From contig CAXUNV010000002.1 in assembly GCA_964252355.1 (NCBI GenBank), positions 1-43,343 of the forward strand: a stretch of 43,343 bases of DNA. Reading direction: 5' to 3'. The stretch comes from an uncultured Chthoniobacterales bacterium (GTDB lineage Bacteria; Verrucomicrobiota; Verrucomicrobiia; Chthoniobacterales; JAFAMB01). A program made the position numbers and the translations under genes. The notes under the pieces are model-generated. The model was given only the letters and a program-made list of their open reading frames with translations. It searched no databases and was not told where the DNA came from. Of the stretch, positions 25,034-33,990 are shown in pieces (positions within the stretch are counted from its first letter, which is position 1; each line of letters opens with the position of its first letter).

Positions 25034-25966
25034 TCAATCGTCGCCAGAGGTCCCGGGCGGACGGCCGTGGAAGCGGGTGCCGCGGGGAGAGGCGGCTGCC
25101 GTGGCGTGTAACCGGAGGTTGTCGCCAGAGGCCGGCACAAGCGTGATCTCGGTGAGTTCCGGCGGGCAATCGAAACGCAACGGCAAACCCACCATGCCCA
25201 AGCCGCGCCCGGTGTAGACGTACCGGCCCGCCACCTCGTAAAGACCCGCCGGGTACTGGTCCGCCAGGGGTGGCAAGACGATCGGACCGTGGCCCGGGAT
25301 GCGCACCTGCCCCCCGTGGCTGTGACCCGACACCTGAAGCTGGACCGGGCTGACCTGGACCAATTCGTCGAAGTAATCGGGTTCGTGCACCATGGCCAAC
25401 GCGGTATCGCCGTCGCGGTAGCCGCGGAAGGCGGCGACGGGATCGGGATCGCCGGCCCAGGCCGAGTCAAGCCCCGCCAGGAATAGGGGGCCAGCGCTGG
25501 GCCCGAGCCGCACGCCGCGGTTGACGAGCACCTCGATGCCTTGGGTGGTCAGTTGTTTCTGGATCAGCTGGGGTCCGCGCCAGCGGTCGTGGTTGCCGAA
25601 AATCGCGTACACGCCGAGCCGGGCGTTCAGGCGGCTGAGCAGTGGGGCAAGCTCGCGGATGGACTCCAGCTCGGTGTAGACGTAATCGCCCGCCAGCAGG
25701 ATCAGGTCGACCCGCAGCTCGTTGGTCCGTGCCACCGCCTGTTCGATGATCTCGCGGCGGGTAAACGGGTGGAGGTGATGGTCGGACATTAGGGCGATCC
25801 GAAAACCGTCCAGCGCCGCCGGCAGCTGCGGCAAGGCCACCGTCCGGCGTTCCAGGGCCAAGCGCTGCGGTTCGACGAAGTCCGCGTACGCGCCTAAACC
25901 CGCACCGACGACGGCGAAGCCGGCCAGCGCGCGCCCGCCCCTCCGAAGGAAATCGCGTCGGTTCAA
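25034..25966 (-). CDS. Tat-signal metallophosphoesterase
   Basis: Twin-arginine leader NRRDFLRRGGRALAGFAVVGAG and the calcineurin-like motifs MSDHH, AGDYV, GNHD, GHSHGG. The first codon is TTG (25966), and there is no upstream in-frame ATG. Confidence 0.8.
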   Translation of the reverse strand: MNRRDFLRRGGRALAGFAVVGAGLGAYADFVEPQRLALERRTVALPQLPAALDGFRIALMSDHHLHPFTRREIIEQAVARTNELRVDLILLAGDYVYTELESIRELAPLLSRLNARLGVYAIFGNHDRWRGPQLIQKQLTTQGIEVLVNRGVRLGPSAGPLFLAGLDSAWAGDPDPVAAFRGYRDGDTALAMVHEPDYFDELVQVSPVQLQVSGHSHGGQVRIPGHGPIVLPPLADQYPAGLYEVAGRYVYTGRGLGMVGLPLRFDCPPELTEITLVPASGDNLRLHATAAASPRGTRFHGRPPGTSGDD

Positions 25967-26008
25967 AACGTGTGTCTGCTCGGTCGAAAGGATTTCGCCC
26001 GCAAGAAT

Positions 26009-26479
26009 CTATCCTTCAGGCAGACAAAGCTCGCCTCGGCGGTGTTCAATCATCCGGATGGGGCTGGTGCGGAAACGGACGGTGTCCGTCCCTCGCACGA
26101 ACGTAAACTCCAGGTGGCCACCGCAGAAAAGCCGCCTCGGCATGAACGCCGTTGAATAGGTGAAACCGCACCCGGCGATGCGCACGGGCCCCCGGGGCCG
26201 GTCGGAGCGTGAGGACTGGAGGAAGGCCTCGGGACTGCGAACGATGCGAAAGGCGTAATCGGTGTGCACGGTCACCACGCGCAACAAGTCGCCACGCCGG
26301 ACCCCCGCGAGGTCGAACTCCTTCGCGTCCACCGTGGCCCGCTGCGCCAGGAACCGTTCCCAGTCCACGGATTCGCTTGAAGCTCGTCCGATCGCAAATA
26401 GCAAATCCCAAATCGCAAAACGGGGCATGCCGAACCAAAGCGGGTGATCGTCCGCTGGCGCGCCGGCCCTCGCCGTCAT
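26009..26479 (-). CDS. hypothetical protein (heptamer array embedded near the N-terminus)
   Basis: 156-aa ORF with an ATG start. Codon third positions are G/C-rich by eye both upstream and downstream of the array. It lies 43 nt upstream of the phosphoesterase gene on the same strand. I recognise no family, and the true start could be GTG at about 26355, after the array. Confidence 0.45.
   Translation of the reverse strand: MTARAGAPADDHPLWFGMPRFAIWDLLFAIGRASSESVDWERFLAQRATVDAKEFDLAGVRRGDLLRVVTVHTDYAFRIVRSPEAFLQSSRSDRPRGPVRIAGCGFTYSTAFMPRRLFCGGHLEFTFVRGTDTVRFRTSPIRMIEHRRGELCLPEG
26391..26425 (+). repeat. heptanucleotide tandem repeat, site C
   Basis: ATCGCAA ATAGCAA ATCCCAA ATCGCAA AACGGGG. 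It lies inside, and antisense to, ORF 26009-26479, where it encodes ..RFAIWDLLFAIG.. Confidence 0.7.
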
Positions 26480-26546
26480 GCCGTGCGGGGATTTTGCCCG
26501 ACGCTGCGCGATCCGCGATGGGCGATCGGAGCTGATCCAGATCGTT

Positions 26547-27533
26547 TTAAGCCGTTGCGCCCCAACGAACGGTGCATTTCATGACCGTGGTGGGCGCTGC
26601 GCCATCACCCATTTCGTGCCTCTCGATGAGTTGCACGATGGCCTCGGTAAGGGCCACCTGATCGAGCGCAAGCGTGGTCAGGTCGTGACACTTCCAACCT
26701 GACATCGCGATGCCGTCTTGACCGACGATCGCCAAGTCGCCCGGCACCTGCCGGTTGAGCAGACGGACGGCCGCATCGCGCGCCCCGATCGCCATCACGT
26801 CATTGCCGCACACCAGCGCGTCAATTTTCGAGCGGTGCAGGAGAAGGGAAGCTTCTTTGAAGCCCGCATCGTACGAATAGTCGCCGTGACCTTCCGCTTC
26901 GAAGCTGAGGCCATGTCTGGCTAAGGCGCCGTTGAACCAGTCCCGACGCTGCTTGTCGATCCAACTGGAGTTCCGGCCGCACAGATAACCGAAGTGCCTG
27001 CGACCGTCGCCGACCAGTTTGTCGATGATCTGTGAGGCCGCCCCGGCGCCATCGACCCGCACGCAGGAAACCCTTCCGTCTTCGATCGGTTCCGCCGAGA
27101 CGATGATCGGCCAAGTGGTCCTGAAGATTTGCACGGCATCCTTCAGCGGTACCAAATCGGAAAAGATGACCGCATGATCAACCTGGTAGGTCGAGGCGAG
27201 GCGCATCAGCTGCAAACGGTCGGTGTGATCGCCGCAGCAGAGAAGGATGGGAACAAGCGCGCGAGCCTGCAACTGGTGCACAAGCACCTCCACCTGCTGC
27301 GCCTCGCAGGGATTGCCGATGGCGTTCACGACCAACGCGACCAGACGAGATCGCCGGTTGTTCAGCGTGCGGGCGATGGCGTTGGGCTGGTATCCGTGGT
27401 GCTGCGCCATGGCGAGAACGCGTACGCGCGTCTGCTCGCTGATCCGCCCGTTGGCTGAAAACGCTCGGGAGACCGTGGCCGAGGAAACCCCGACGAGCTT
27501 CGCCAGTTCTGTGGAGGTAATGCGCTTCTTCAC
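26547..27533 (-). CDS. LacI family transcriptional regulator
   Basis: N-terminal HTH ITSTELAKLVGVSSATVSRAFS..RVLAMAQHHGYQPNAIARTL followed by a periplasmic-binding-like sugar domain. The GTG start overlaps the upstream stop (GTGA at 27530-27533). Confidence 0.85.
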   Translation of the reverse strand: MKKRITSTELAKLVGVSSATVSRAFSANGRISEQTRVRVLAMAQHHGYQPNAIARTLNNRRSRLVALVVNAIGNPCEAQQVEVLVHQLQARALVPILLCCGDHTDRLQLMRLASTYQVDHAVIFSDLVPLKDAVQIFRTTWPIIVSAEPIEDGRVSCVRVDGAGAASQIIDKLVGDGRRHFGYLCGRNSSWIDKQRRDWFNGALARHGLSFEAEGHGDYSYDAGFKEASLLLHRSKIDALVCGNDVMAIGARDAAVRLLNRQVPGDLAIVGQDGIAMSGWKCHDLTTLALDQVALTEAIVQLIERHEMGDGAAPTTVMKCTVRWGATA

Positions 27534-28567
27534 GCGATTGGCGGGAGTGGCGTCAGGGGACCAAGGCGTACCGCGACGGGTTCGCCATTTTGGGCGGCAG
27601 ACGCTTTGACGGCATCCCAGAGACGCGCGAAACGCAAGCCGGCTTCTACGGTCGAAAGGTTTTCGACACGGCCTGCCCGAATCGCGAGAAAACTCTTCAG
27701 CGGACTGTCCGTGATCTCAACCTCCTCGCGAGATCCCGGAGTTTCGGCCGTCGCGATTTCCCGCCAAGCACCCCAAGCATCGACGCGCACGATCGCCCGC
27801 GTATAGAAGAACGTCAGGTGCGAGCCGCAGCCGAGTGGTCCGTCGCCGGCGGCGTGCAGGGTCAGGACAACGCCGGTGGTCAGTCGGCCGGCGACCGCAC
27901 AGACGACGTCGACGCTGCGCCCGCGGTGGTTCATGAAGGCGGACACCTGTTCACAATCCGCGTCCGCCAGAAGGCAGACGGTGTTCATCATGTGCGCGCC
28001 GGTGTCGAACATGAAACCGCCTCCTGATAAATCCGGTCGCTGCTTCCAATGCCCTGCGTAGCGTGAGGACCAATTCTCCCAAATCGCGGCGGCGACGCTC
28101 ACGAGTTCGCCGAATTCACCGGTCTGGGCGCGCTTGCGCGTATCCGCGATCAAGGGCGAGAGCGCGCCTTGGAAGCCGACCACCACGATGGCACGGCTGC
28201 GGTCTCGTGCGGAGATCAACCGCTGGGCTTCTCCCACCGTGGTCACCATCGGCTTTTCGATCAGCAGGTCTAGGCCAGCTTCGACCACCGCGATGCCGTG
28301 TTCCGCGTGGAGGGAGTGGGGGGTGGCCACGTAGATGGCGTCGAGCTTGCCCCGGCAGGCGGCGAGCATCGACCTGAAATCTTCGAACGCCTGCGGCACC
28401 TGACGTCCCGCGTGACGCCAGAGGTCGAGGAATCGCCGCCGTGAGGCCGCGTTGACGTCGCTGACTGCGACAAACTCCACCTCCGGCATGGAGACCCAGC
28501 TCTGCGCATACTCTGCCGCCATGTGTCCCGTGCCGATCACCCCGAGGCGCAACCTGTCACCCGCCAT
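27530..28567 (-). CDS. Gfo/Idh/MocA family oxidoreductase
   Basis: N-terminal Rossmann segment LRLGVIGTGHMA, the EKP motif (LLIEKPM) and a length of 345 aa. Confidence 0.85.
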   Translation of the reverse strand: MAGDRLRLGVIGTGHMAAEYAQSWVSMPEVEFVAVSDVNAASRRRFLDLWRHAGRQVPQAFEDFRSMLAACRGKLDAIYVATPHSLHAEHGIAVVEAGLDLLIEKPMVTTVGEAQRLISARDRSRAIVVVGFQGALSPLIADTRKRAQTGEFGELVSVAAAIWENWSSRYAGHWKQRPDLSGGGFMFDTGAHMMNTVCLLADADCEQVSAFMNHRGRSVDVVCAVAGRLTTGVVLTLHAAGDGPLGCGSHLTFFYTRAIVRVDAWGAWREIATAETPGSREEVEITDSPLKSFLAIRAGRVENLSTVEAGLRFARLWDAVKASAAQNGEPVAVRLGPLTPLPPIA

Positions 28568-28572
28568 GATGA

Positions 28573-28586
28573 TGAAGACGTTTACA
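28573..28586. promoter_or_regulatory. candidate LacI-family operator
   Basis: tgaagaCGtttaca is a 14-mer with a central CG whose right half (CGTTTACA) matches the generic LacI/GalR half-site. It is 10 of 14 self-complementary and lies 6 nt upstream of the oxidoreductase ATG, in the divergent region shared with the ABC operon. Confidence 0.3.
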
Positions 28587-28735
28587 CAACTTCCGCCAAG
28601 GCGTCCATCGCGTTTTGGAGTGCCGGATTTCGCCTTGACGCCGGACCGTGCGGTCTCTAAACCGGTGCGCTATGCACACGTGTACGCAACCACCGCGGTC
28701 GCGGCCGGGGCCGCACCACCTTATCGGGAGGAACC

Positions 28736-30034
28736 ATGTTTAAGGGGAGGGTCCTGGCGGGAATCACCGTGGTCCTGGCCCTGGCCACCGGTTCCATCCA
28801 AGCCAAGACGATCCGGATCGCCGAGCATCGTCAGGCGCGCATCGATGCGCTGAAGAAGGTCGTGCCCGAGATCGAACAAAAATACGGCGTCCACCTTGAA
28901 GTGGTCGAATACCCAGCCCCAGAAAAAGACTACTTAACCAAGCTGCTGACCGAGCTTCGCGCCGGCAATGCCCCGGACCTCTTTACCCTGCCCCATGGTC
29001 AGGACGTTGCCGATGCCGTCGCGGCCGGCTACTTGGCCCCCTTCACCGCAGAGTTCAAAGCTTGGGACGGCTACGCGCAGTCGTTCGAGGTCGGTAAGAC
29101 CATGGCGACCGGCAAAGATGGTCAGATCTACGTGCTGCCTGCCATGCTGAACGTCCAGCAGATCTACTACCATCGCGACATCTTGGAGAAGGCTGGCATT
29201 TCGACCGAGCAACCGAAAACGTGGGCGGAGCTTCTCGACCGGGCTAAGGAGATCAAAGCCAAAACCGGTGCCTACGGCCTGCTCTTTCCGGCGGGGGTGA
29301 CGTGGGGCGGCGGTTCCTTCACCGAGGGGTTCAGGTTGTTGATCGTGGGCACTTCGACCCCGCAGATCGCCAAAGATGACGGGACGCTGAGCCTCACCGG
29401 GCAAGGGATCAAAGACGCCTTCGGCTTCTATGCTGATCTGATCGGCAACGGTCTGATGCCGATCCAGCCGCTCCTGGAGCCGGAGCCTTGGGTGGTGCCG
29501 AAGTATGAGATGTTTCCGGCCGGCAAATTGGTTGCCACGACCGGCGGTTCGTGGGGCTACATCTACGACTGGGGTCCCCAGAGCAAGAACCCGATCCCGA
29601 ACGTCACGCAGGTCGTCGGTAGCTGGGAAGTCCCCGGCAAGGCGGGAGGGCAGTACGTGCTGGTCGACCTCGAGAGTCCATGGGCGGTCAACGCGAAATC
29701 AGCCGATGTCGCACTCGCCAAAAAAGTCCTGCTTGAGCTCGGTTCGGTTAAGGCGGACGTGGCGTACGCGCAGAACCTTGGGAACATCCCGGGCCGCGTC
29801 GCCGCGGCGGCGGATCCGCATTTCCAAGAGATCAAGGTGCTGGTGCCGATCCTCACGGCCCTGAAGAACGGCACCGGAACTTACTTGAAGACCGCCGAGG
29901 GTTTTTCAGCAGTCGCCGAAGGCGTGGCGCGCGCGACCGAAGCACTGCTTCGCAAACAGACGGATGCGGCAGGCGCGCAGAAGATCCTCGTCGACTACGT
30001 GAAGGATACCCTGGGCGACGAAGCGGTTAAGTAA
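28736..30034 (+). CDS. ABC transporter extracellular solute-binding protein (carbohydrate type)
   Basis: Signal peptide MFKGRVLAGITVVLALATGSIQA, a GGGAGG Shine-Dalgarno at 28726-28731, 432 aa, with family-1 sugar-binding protein character. Confidence 0.8.
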   Translation: MFKGRVLAGITVVLALATGSIQAKTIRIAEHRQARIDALKKVVPEIEQKYGVHLEVVEYPAPEKDYLTKLLTELRAGNAPDLFTLPHGQDVADAVAAGYLAPFTAEFKAWDGYAQSFEVGKTMATGKDGQIYVLPAMLNVQQIYYHRDILEKAGISTEQPKTWAELLDRAKEIKAKTGAYGLLFPAGVTWGGGSFTEGFRLLIVGTSTPQIAKDDGTLSLTGQGIKDAFGFYADLIGNGLMPIQPLLEPEPWVVPKYEMFPAGKLVATTGGSWGYIYDWGPQSKNPIPNVTQVVGSWEVPGKAGGQYVLVDLESPWAVNAKSADVALAKKVLLELGSVKADVAYAQNLGNIPGRVAAAADPHFQEIKVLVPILTALKNGTGTYLKTAEGFSAVAEGVARATEALLRKQTDAAGAQKILVDYVKDTLGDEAVK

Positions 30035-30052
30035 GTTTTCGGGAGAACCGTG

Positions 30053-30083
30053 CCGGAGGCGACTGCGCCGCGATCGCCTCCGG
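30053..30083 (+). other. intercistronic stem-loop between the binding-protein and permease genes
   Basis: ccggaggcga (30053-30062) pairs perfectly with tcgcctccgg (30074-30083), leaving an 11-nt loop. It lies 19 nt after the TAA, with no U-tract. Confidence 0.5.
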
Positions 30084-30133
30084 TCCTTCGGCAGGAACCG
30101 GCTCGGTCCTGAACTTGGCAAGACGACCGTCCG

Positions 30134-31015
30134 ATGATCACCTACGAGAAACGCAGGTCCTGGCAGCTTTTCCTCCTCCTGCTGCCCTGCATCCTGCTCA
30201 TCGGTGCTCTCGTCGTCTACCCGGCGCTTTACTCGATCTATCTAAGCCTGACCAACGCTTCGCTGGTCGGGGCGGCGGCCGCCAACCCGCGCTACGTCGG
30301 GGGGCGCAACTACGTGCGCCTGTTTGCGGACGCAGGCTTCTGGCACTCGCTGGTCGTTACGTTCTGGTTTGTGCTTGGTTCGGCAGTGCTTGGCCAATTT
30401 GTTCTGGGACTCGCTTCCGCGGTCCTGCTGCGCCGGCCGCTGCGCTTCAAAAATCTCATTAGCTCAATCATCCTGCTGCCGAACGCCGTGCCCGAAGTGG
30501 TGGCCGGCTTTATCTGGATTTCCATGCTGGCTGGTGGCGAACACTCGACGTTAAACCGCCTGTTAGGCGCCTTCGGGATCTCGTCGGTGCCATGGTTGGA
30601 GCATTTTCCGCTTGCCATGATCATGGTTGCGAATACCTGGCGCGGGATCGCCTCGGCGATGATCCTGATGATGGCGGGGCTGAGCGCGGTCCCCACCGAG
30701 ATCTGTGAAGCGGCCCGGATCGACGGCGCCTCATCTCGCCAGGTGTTCCGGTTCATCACGCTTCCGCTCATCACGCCGACCATTTTTCTTTACATGCTGG
30801 TCTCGACGGTCACGACCATCTCGATCTTCGGCTTCATCTACGCGCTCACCCGTGGTGGGCCTGGCAACGCCACCGAGATCATCGGCATCTACATCTACAA
30901 CCGGTCCTTCACCGCCTTTCAGCTCGGGTACGGTTCGGCCGTGGCGGTGGTCACGCTCGTCATCTCCATGGCCATCGGCTTGGTCTACGTGCGCGCCCTC
31001 AGAGTCCAGGTGTAA
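30134..31015 (+). CDS. carbohydrate ABC transporter permease (MalF/BPD_transp_1 type)
   Basis: Six TM segments and the EAA-like loop EAARIDGASSRQVFRFITLPL. Confidence 0.85.
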   Translation: MITYEKRRSWQLFLLLLPCILLIGALVVYPALYSIYLSLTNASLVGAAAANPRYVGGRNYVRLFADAGFWHSLVVTFWFVLGSAVLGQFVLGLASAVLLRRPLRFKNLISSIILLPNAVPEVVAGFIWISMLAGGEHSTLNRLLGAFGISSVPWLEHFPLAMIMVANTWRGIASAMILMMAGLSAVPTEICEAARIDGASSRQVFRFITLPLITPTIFLYMLVSTVTTISIFGFIYALTRGGPGNATEIIGIYIYNRSFTAFQLGYGSAVAVVTLVISMAIGLVYVRALRVQV

Positions 31016-31019
31016 CACC

Positions 31020-31931
31020 ATGAGCGAACCGAGCCCCGCTCGTCCCACGGTTCTTGGCCGTGACGTGGTGGCGTATGCAACCCTTTCGTTGATCTCAATC
31101 TTCTGCGCGATTCCCTTCGTTTGGCTTTTTCTTGCCTCCTTCGACGGAAACGCCTCCCTGTTCCTCCGCTGGCCCGGCCCTTGGACGCTTAACAATTACA
31201 TCGGCATCTTTGTGCGCGAAGGGGGTGCCCGGTGGTTTGGTAACTCGTTCTTCGTCGTCGGGACGGCTACCATCATCGTCTTGGTCTTTTCCGGCTTCGG
31301 TGGCTACGCCCTGTCGCGGACGAAGGCGTGGTGGAAACGACCGTTTCTCTACGCGATCATCTTGGTCCGCGTCGTGCCGCCGCCGGCCCTGGTGGTCCCG
31401 CTCTACGACATCCTGCTCACCGGCAACAACGCGATCGGATCCTTCGTCCGCAGCTTCCTGAATCCCGACTCGGTGCGACTAGTCATGTTGGTGGTCGGCT
31501 TGATCGATGGATACCTCGGTCTCATTTTGGTTTTCGCCGCCATGCAATTGCCGCTGGCGCTCTGGATCATGAAGACCTACTTCGACACTGTCCCTCACGA
31601 CTATGAGGAGGCGGCACTCGTCGATGGGGCAAGCCTGTGGCAGCGGATTCGCTTGGTGATTGTGCCGCTCGCGCTTCCCGGTCTCGGTGCGGCGGGCCTT
31701 TTCGCATTTATTTCCGCATGGGGAGATTTTCTCATGCCGCTCATCCTGCTCTCTTCATCGGAGCTGCAGATGTTGCCCCTCGGGCTGTTCCGCGCTTTTC
31801 TGCGCGTCCAGCAGATCGATTACGGATTCTTGAGCGCGCTCGCGGTCCTTTACATGCTGCCGGCCGTGGTCGCTTTCGCCTTCGCCCGCCGCTACTTCGT
31901 CCAGACCTTCTCCGGCGGCGTCAAGGCTTGA
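31020..31931 (+). CDS. carbohydrate ABC transporter permease (MalG type)
   Basis: ATG 31020 lies 4 nt after the previous stop. EAA-like loop EEAALVDGASLWQRIRLVIVPLALPG. The 30705 extension in the track overlaps the previous gene. Confidence 0.85.
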   Translation: MSEPSPARPTVLGRDVVAYATLSLISIFCAIPFVWLFLASFDGNASLFLRWPGPWTLNNYIGIFVREGGARWFGNSFFVVGTATIIVLVFSGFGGYALSRTKAWWKRPFLYAIILVRVVPPPALVVPLYDILLTGNNAIGSFVRSFLNPDSVRLVMLVVGLIDGYLGLILVFAAMQLPLALWIMKTYFDTVPHDYEEAALVDGASLWQRIRLVIVPLALPGLGAAGLFAFISAWGDFLMPLILLSSSELQMLPLGLFRAFLRVQQIDYGFLSALAVLYMLPAVVAFAFARRYFVQTFSGGVKA

Positions 31932-31936
31932 CCGCA

Positions 31937-32409
31937 GGTGGTGTTGCGACTTTTTGGGTCGAGCAAAAGGGGTATGCGTTAGGCGTATGCCTTAGTCGTG
32001 AAATCCGAACCTCGATGCAGTGAAGCCATGTGGCCGCGCAACGCCCGCCGGAGAACTCCCCATCGCCTCGCCTTTGCGGAGCATATGGATGGCTTTGTAC
32101 CCGGCCAGCGTGCGTCAGGCGCCCCAAAAAGGATGGAAATGCTGGCTGGCTTTCACCCGCCGTTTGATGGCGCGGTGGTCCTGTTCCACCACATGGTTGA
32201 GGCAACGGCCGACGCAATGTCGGCAGGTTTCGGCCAAAAGCCCTTCGTCCTTTAACCGCGTAGTTGCGGGCGGGCAGCTCCGGAACGCGGAGCGCGACAA
32301 TCGGTCCGACGAAGGAAAAGTCGCCTGGTGCATTCGACCTCATCAGTTCAAGTGGCTTCGATTTGGCATTGCCAATTGGGCTGCTGCAAAGTTTTTTGAC
32401 CATACCCAC
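31937..32409 (-). pseudogene. IS6-family insertion sequence remnant (transposase C-terminal part with frameshift and in-frame TGA, plus a terminal IR-like sequence)
   Basis: ..SSDRLSRSAF..CLNHVVEQDHRAIKRRVKASQHFHPFWGA*RTLAGYKAIHMLRKGEAM.. matches the IS6 (IS26-like) transposase C-terminus (..NN.IEQDHR.IKRR...F.S...A..T..GIE.M..RKGQ). An in-frame TGA lies at 32115-32117 and a frame change near 32335. ggtggtgttgcgac at 31937-31950 resembles the IS6 IR GGCACTGTTGCAAA in 9 of 14 positions, 5 nt after the ABC permease stop. Confidence 0.6.
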
Positions 32410-32571
32410 CGAGACCGGTGGCGGGCCGCAATCCCTTGGCGGGTCCCCTCCAGATCATCGGCGGAAACGAGGACTCGTTCCCTGGGGTCCAGCGACCGCG
32501 TCTTCACGCCTTAACAGCATAGCGCAAAGCGCCGCTAGTAACCGCTGCGTCTGCGCATCGGGTGAAGCCCT

Positions 32572-33030
32572 TCATACAAGCTCGTCTCCGGCCGGCGGTT
32601 GGAAAACAGTGAGGTACCTGTCCATTTCCGCTTTGGGGATTTTAAACGCGCCTTCAGGAAGGTCCCGGTTACGCCCTTCCAAACGGCGATACAGTTCGGC
32701 ATACGGAACATCCATGTAATGCAGCCTGAAATCCGCACCCAGCCCCTTGGCCCGGTTCCGGTAATCGTCACGCTCAACCCGCGCCCAACAGCCATAATCA
32801 AGGATCACGTCGCCGCCCATTTCCAAGACATGTTTTGCAACGTCCCACATGATCTTTTCTATGCGCTCATGTCTTCCATCGTGATATTCCTGCCCGACGT
32901 CATCGCCAAACAACTGCAAGTGCCAAACATCAAGAGTCAGCAGGAGCGCCTTGGTCTCCCCCGCAAGCCGACGGGCATGGGTTGTTTTTCCGCTGCAAGG
33001 TAATCCAACCATCAAATGCAGTGTCGCCAT
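32572..33030 (-). CDS. AAA_33-type P-loop kinase/ATPase (small, zeta/gluconate-kinase-like fold)
   Basis: MATLHLMVGLPCSGKTTHARRLA (Walker A) and DVILDYGCW (Walker B-like), about 152 aa. ATG 33030 is preferred to GTG 33036. Confidence 0.7.
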   Translation of the reverse strand: MATLHLMVGLPCSGKTTHARRLAGETKALLLTLDVWHLQLFGDDVGQEYHDGRHERIEKIMWDVAKHVLEMGGDVILDYGCWARVERDDYRNRAKGLGADFRLHYMDVPYAELYRRLEGRNRDLPEGAFKIPKAEMDRYLTVFQPPAGDELV

Positions 33031-33990
33031 GTTCACCCGTCCCTTTCATGCCTCCTGTCGGCCGCGTCTCGACGCAGAAAACGCGGGTGCCACACCCTCA
33101 TGGTACCTTGCCTCCCGCCCCAAACACAAGCCCGCTTGCCCCCGCAGCCGACCGACCAACTTTGGCTTCAAACCGCCCACGTAGATTCCTGCTTGTCCCC
33201 GCCGGCGCAGGCAGCGCCGCTGCCCGCCCGCACCCATGAAACAGGAATTCGCGCCAACCCCGCAGAGATTTGGGACGGTATGGCGGCCGCTTCCAGAGCA
33301 TACGAGGTGTCGATGGTTAGAGGGCAGGCCACTCTGACCGGCGGGCGGGGATGACGCTTTTTTCGCCGCCGCCGCGCTGGCAAAAACGCGCCACTTGATC
33401 GCCGGTTTCGAGGCACGCCTTAACGGCGATCTTTTGCTGGCGGGCGATTTGCGCGGCAGCTACTGGCGAGAAAAACCGTTCCGGAACGCAAGGGTTGGTG
33501 CCCCGCCGCAACGGCCCCGGATTGACCTAGGACCATCCCCCACCGTCGCCCAGAGGGATTGGTGCCGCGCGGGGAAGGACGTCACCCGCGGGAGCATCGT
33601 CGGAACGCTTGGCATGCTGCTTGGGTGTCGCGAGGTCGGTGCGGAACTCTGGTTAGATCGCCTCGATGGGACATTCTACGCAGAAATGCCGATGCGCGCG
33701 TGGGCGCAGAACTTCTTGATCGTAATGCTCGGACTTTTGCTCATCGTAGCCGTCCTGTTTGTGAAACCGCTGAAATCAGGGACGCCGTGCTCGTTGCCCC
33801 CTTTTCAACGTGACCTTCACAGGCTGGTTCGATCCCTCCTTGCCCCGACACCAAACCGGAAGCGTCACACGCGCAATCCTTGCCCTTGGAAGCGCGGTAG
33901 CCGCCCTTGATGGCGTCCTGATCGTTCATGTACGAACATCCAGCGTTGCCCCGGTCGGCCGCCGGCAGGAACTACCCAAAACGACCCGTC

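Noticed and set aside
2912-26425. Whether the short periodic repeats could be a CRISPR array.
   Set aside because: The units are 7 nt with no spacers, the arrays are only 21-35 nt long and dispersed, and the window contains no cas genes.
28670-28690. 8-bp palindrome ACACGTGT upstream of the binding-protein gene, considered as a regulator site.
   Set aside because: It is too short to be significant at this GC content, and its flanks are not symmetric. The CG-centred 14-mer at 28573-28586 is the better, though still weak, LacI-type candidate.
32335-32450. Plus-strand frame ..FKWLRFGIANWAAAKFFDHTHRDRWR.., which loosely recalls an IS6 transposase N-terminus (FKGRHF..ILWAVRWY....DHTTI.RW). Also GGCTGCTGCAAAGTTTT at 32379-32395, which recalls an IS6 IR.
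   Set aside because: The match requires a ~20-aa deletion and only scattered identities. The same DNA is better explained on the minus strand as the AAKxFxxKAIG-like segment of the IS6 pseudogene (MVKKLCSSPIGNAKSKP).
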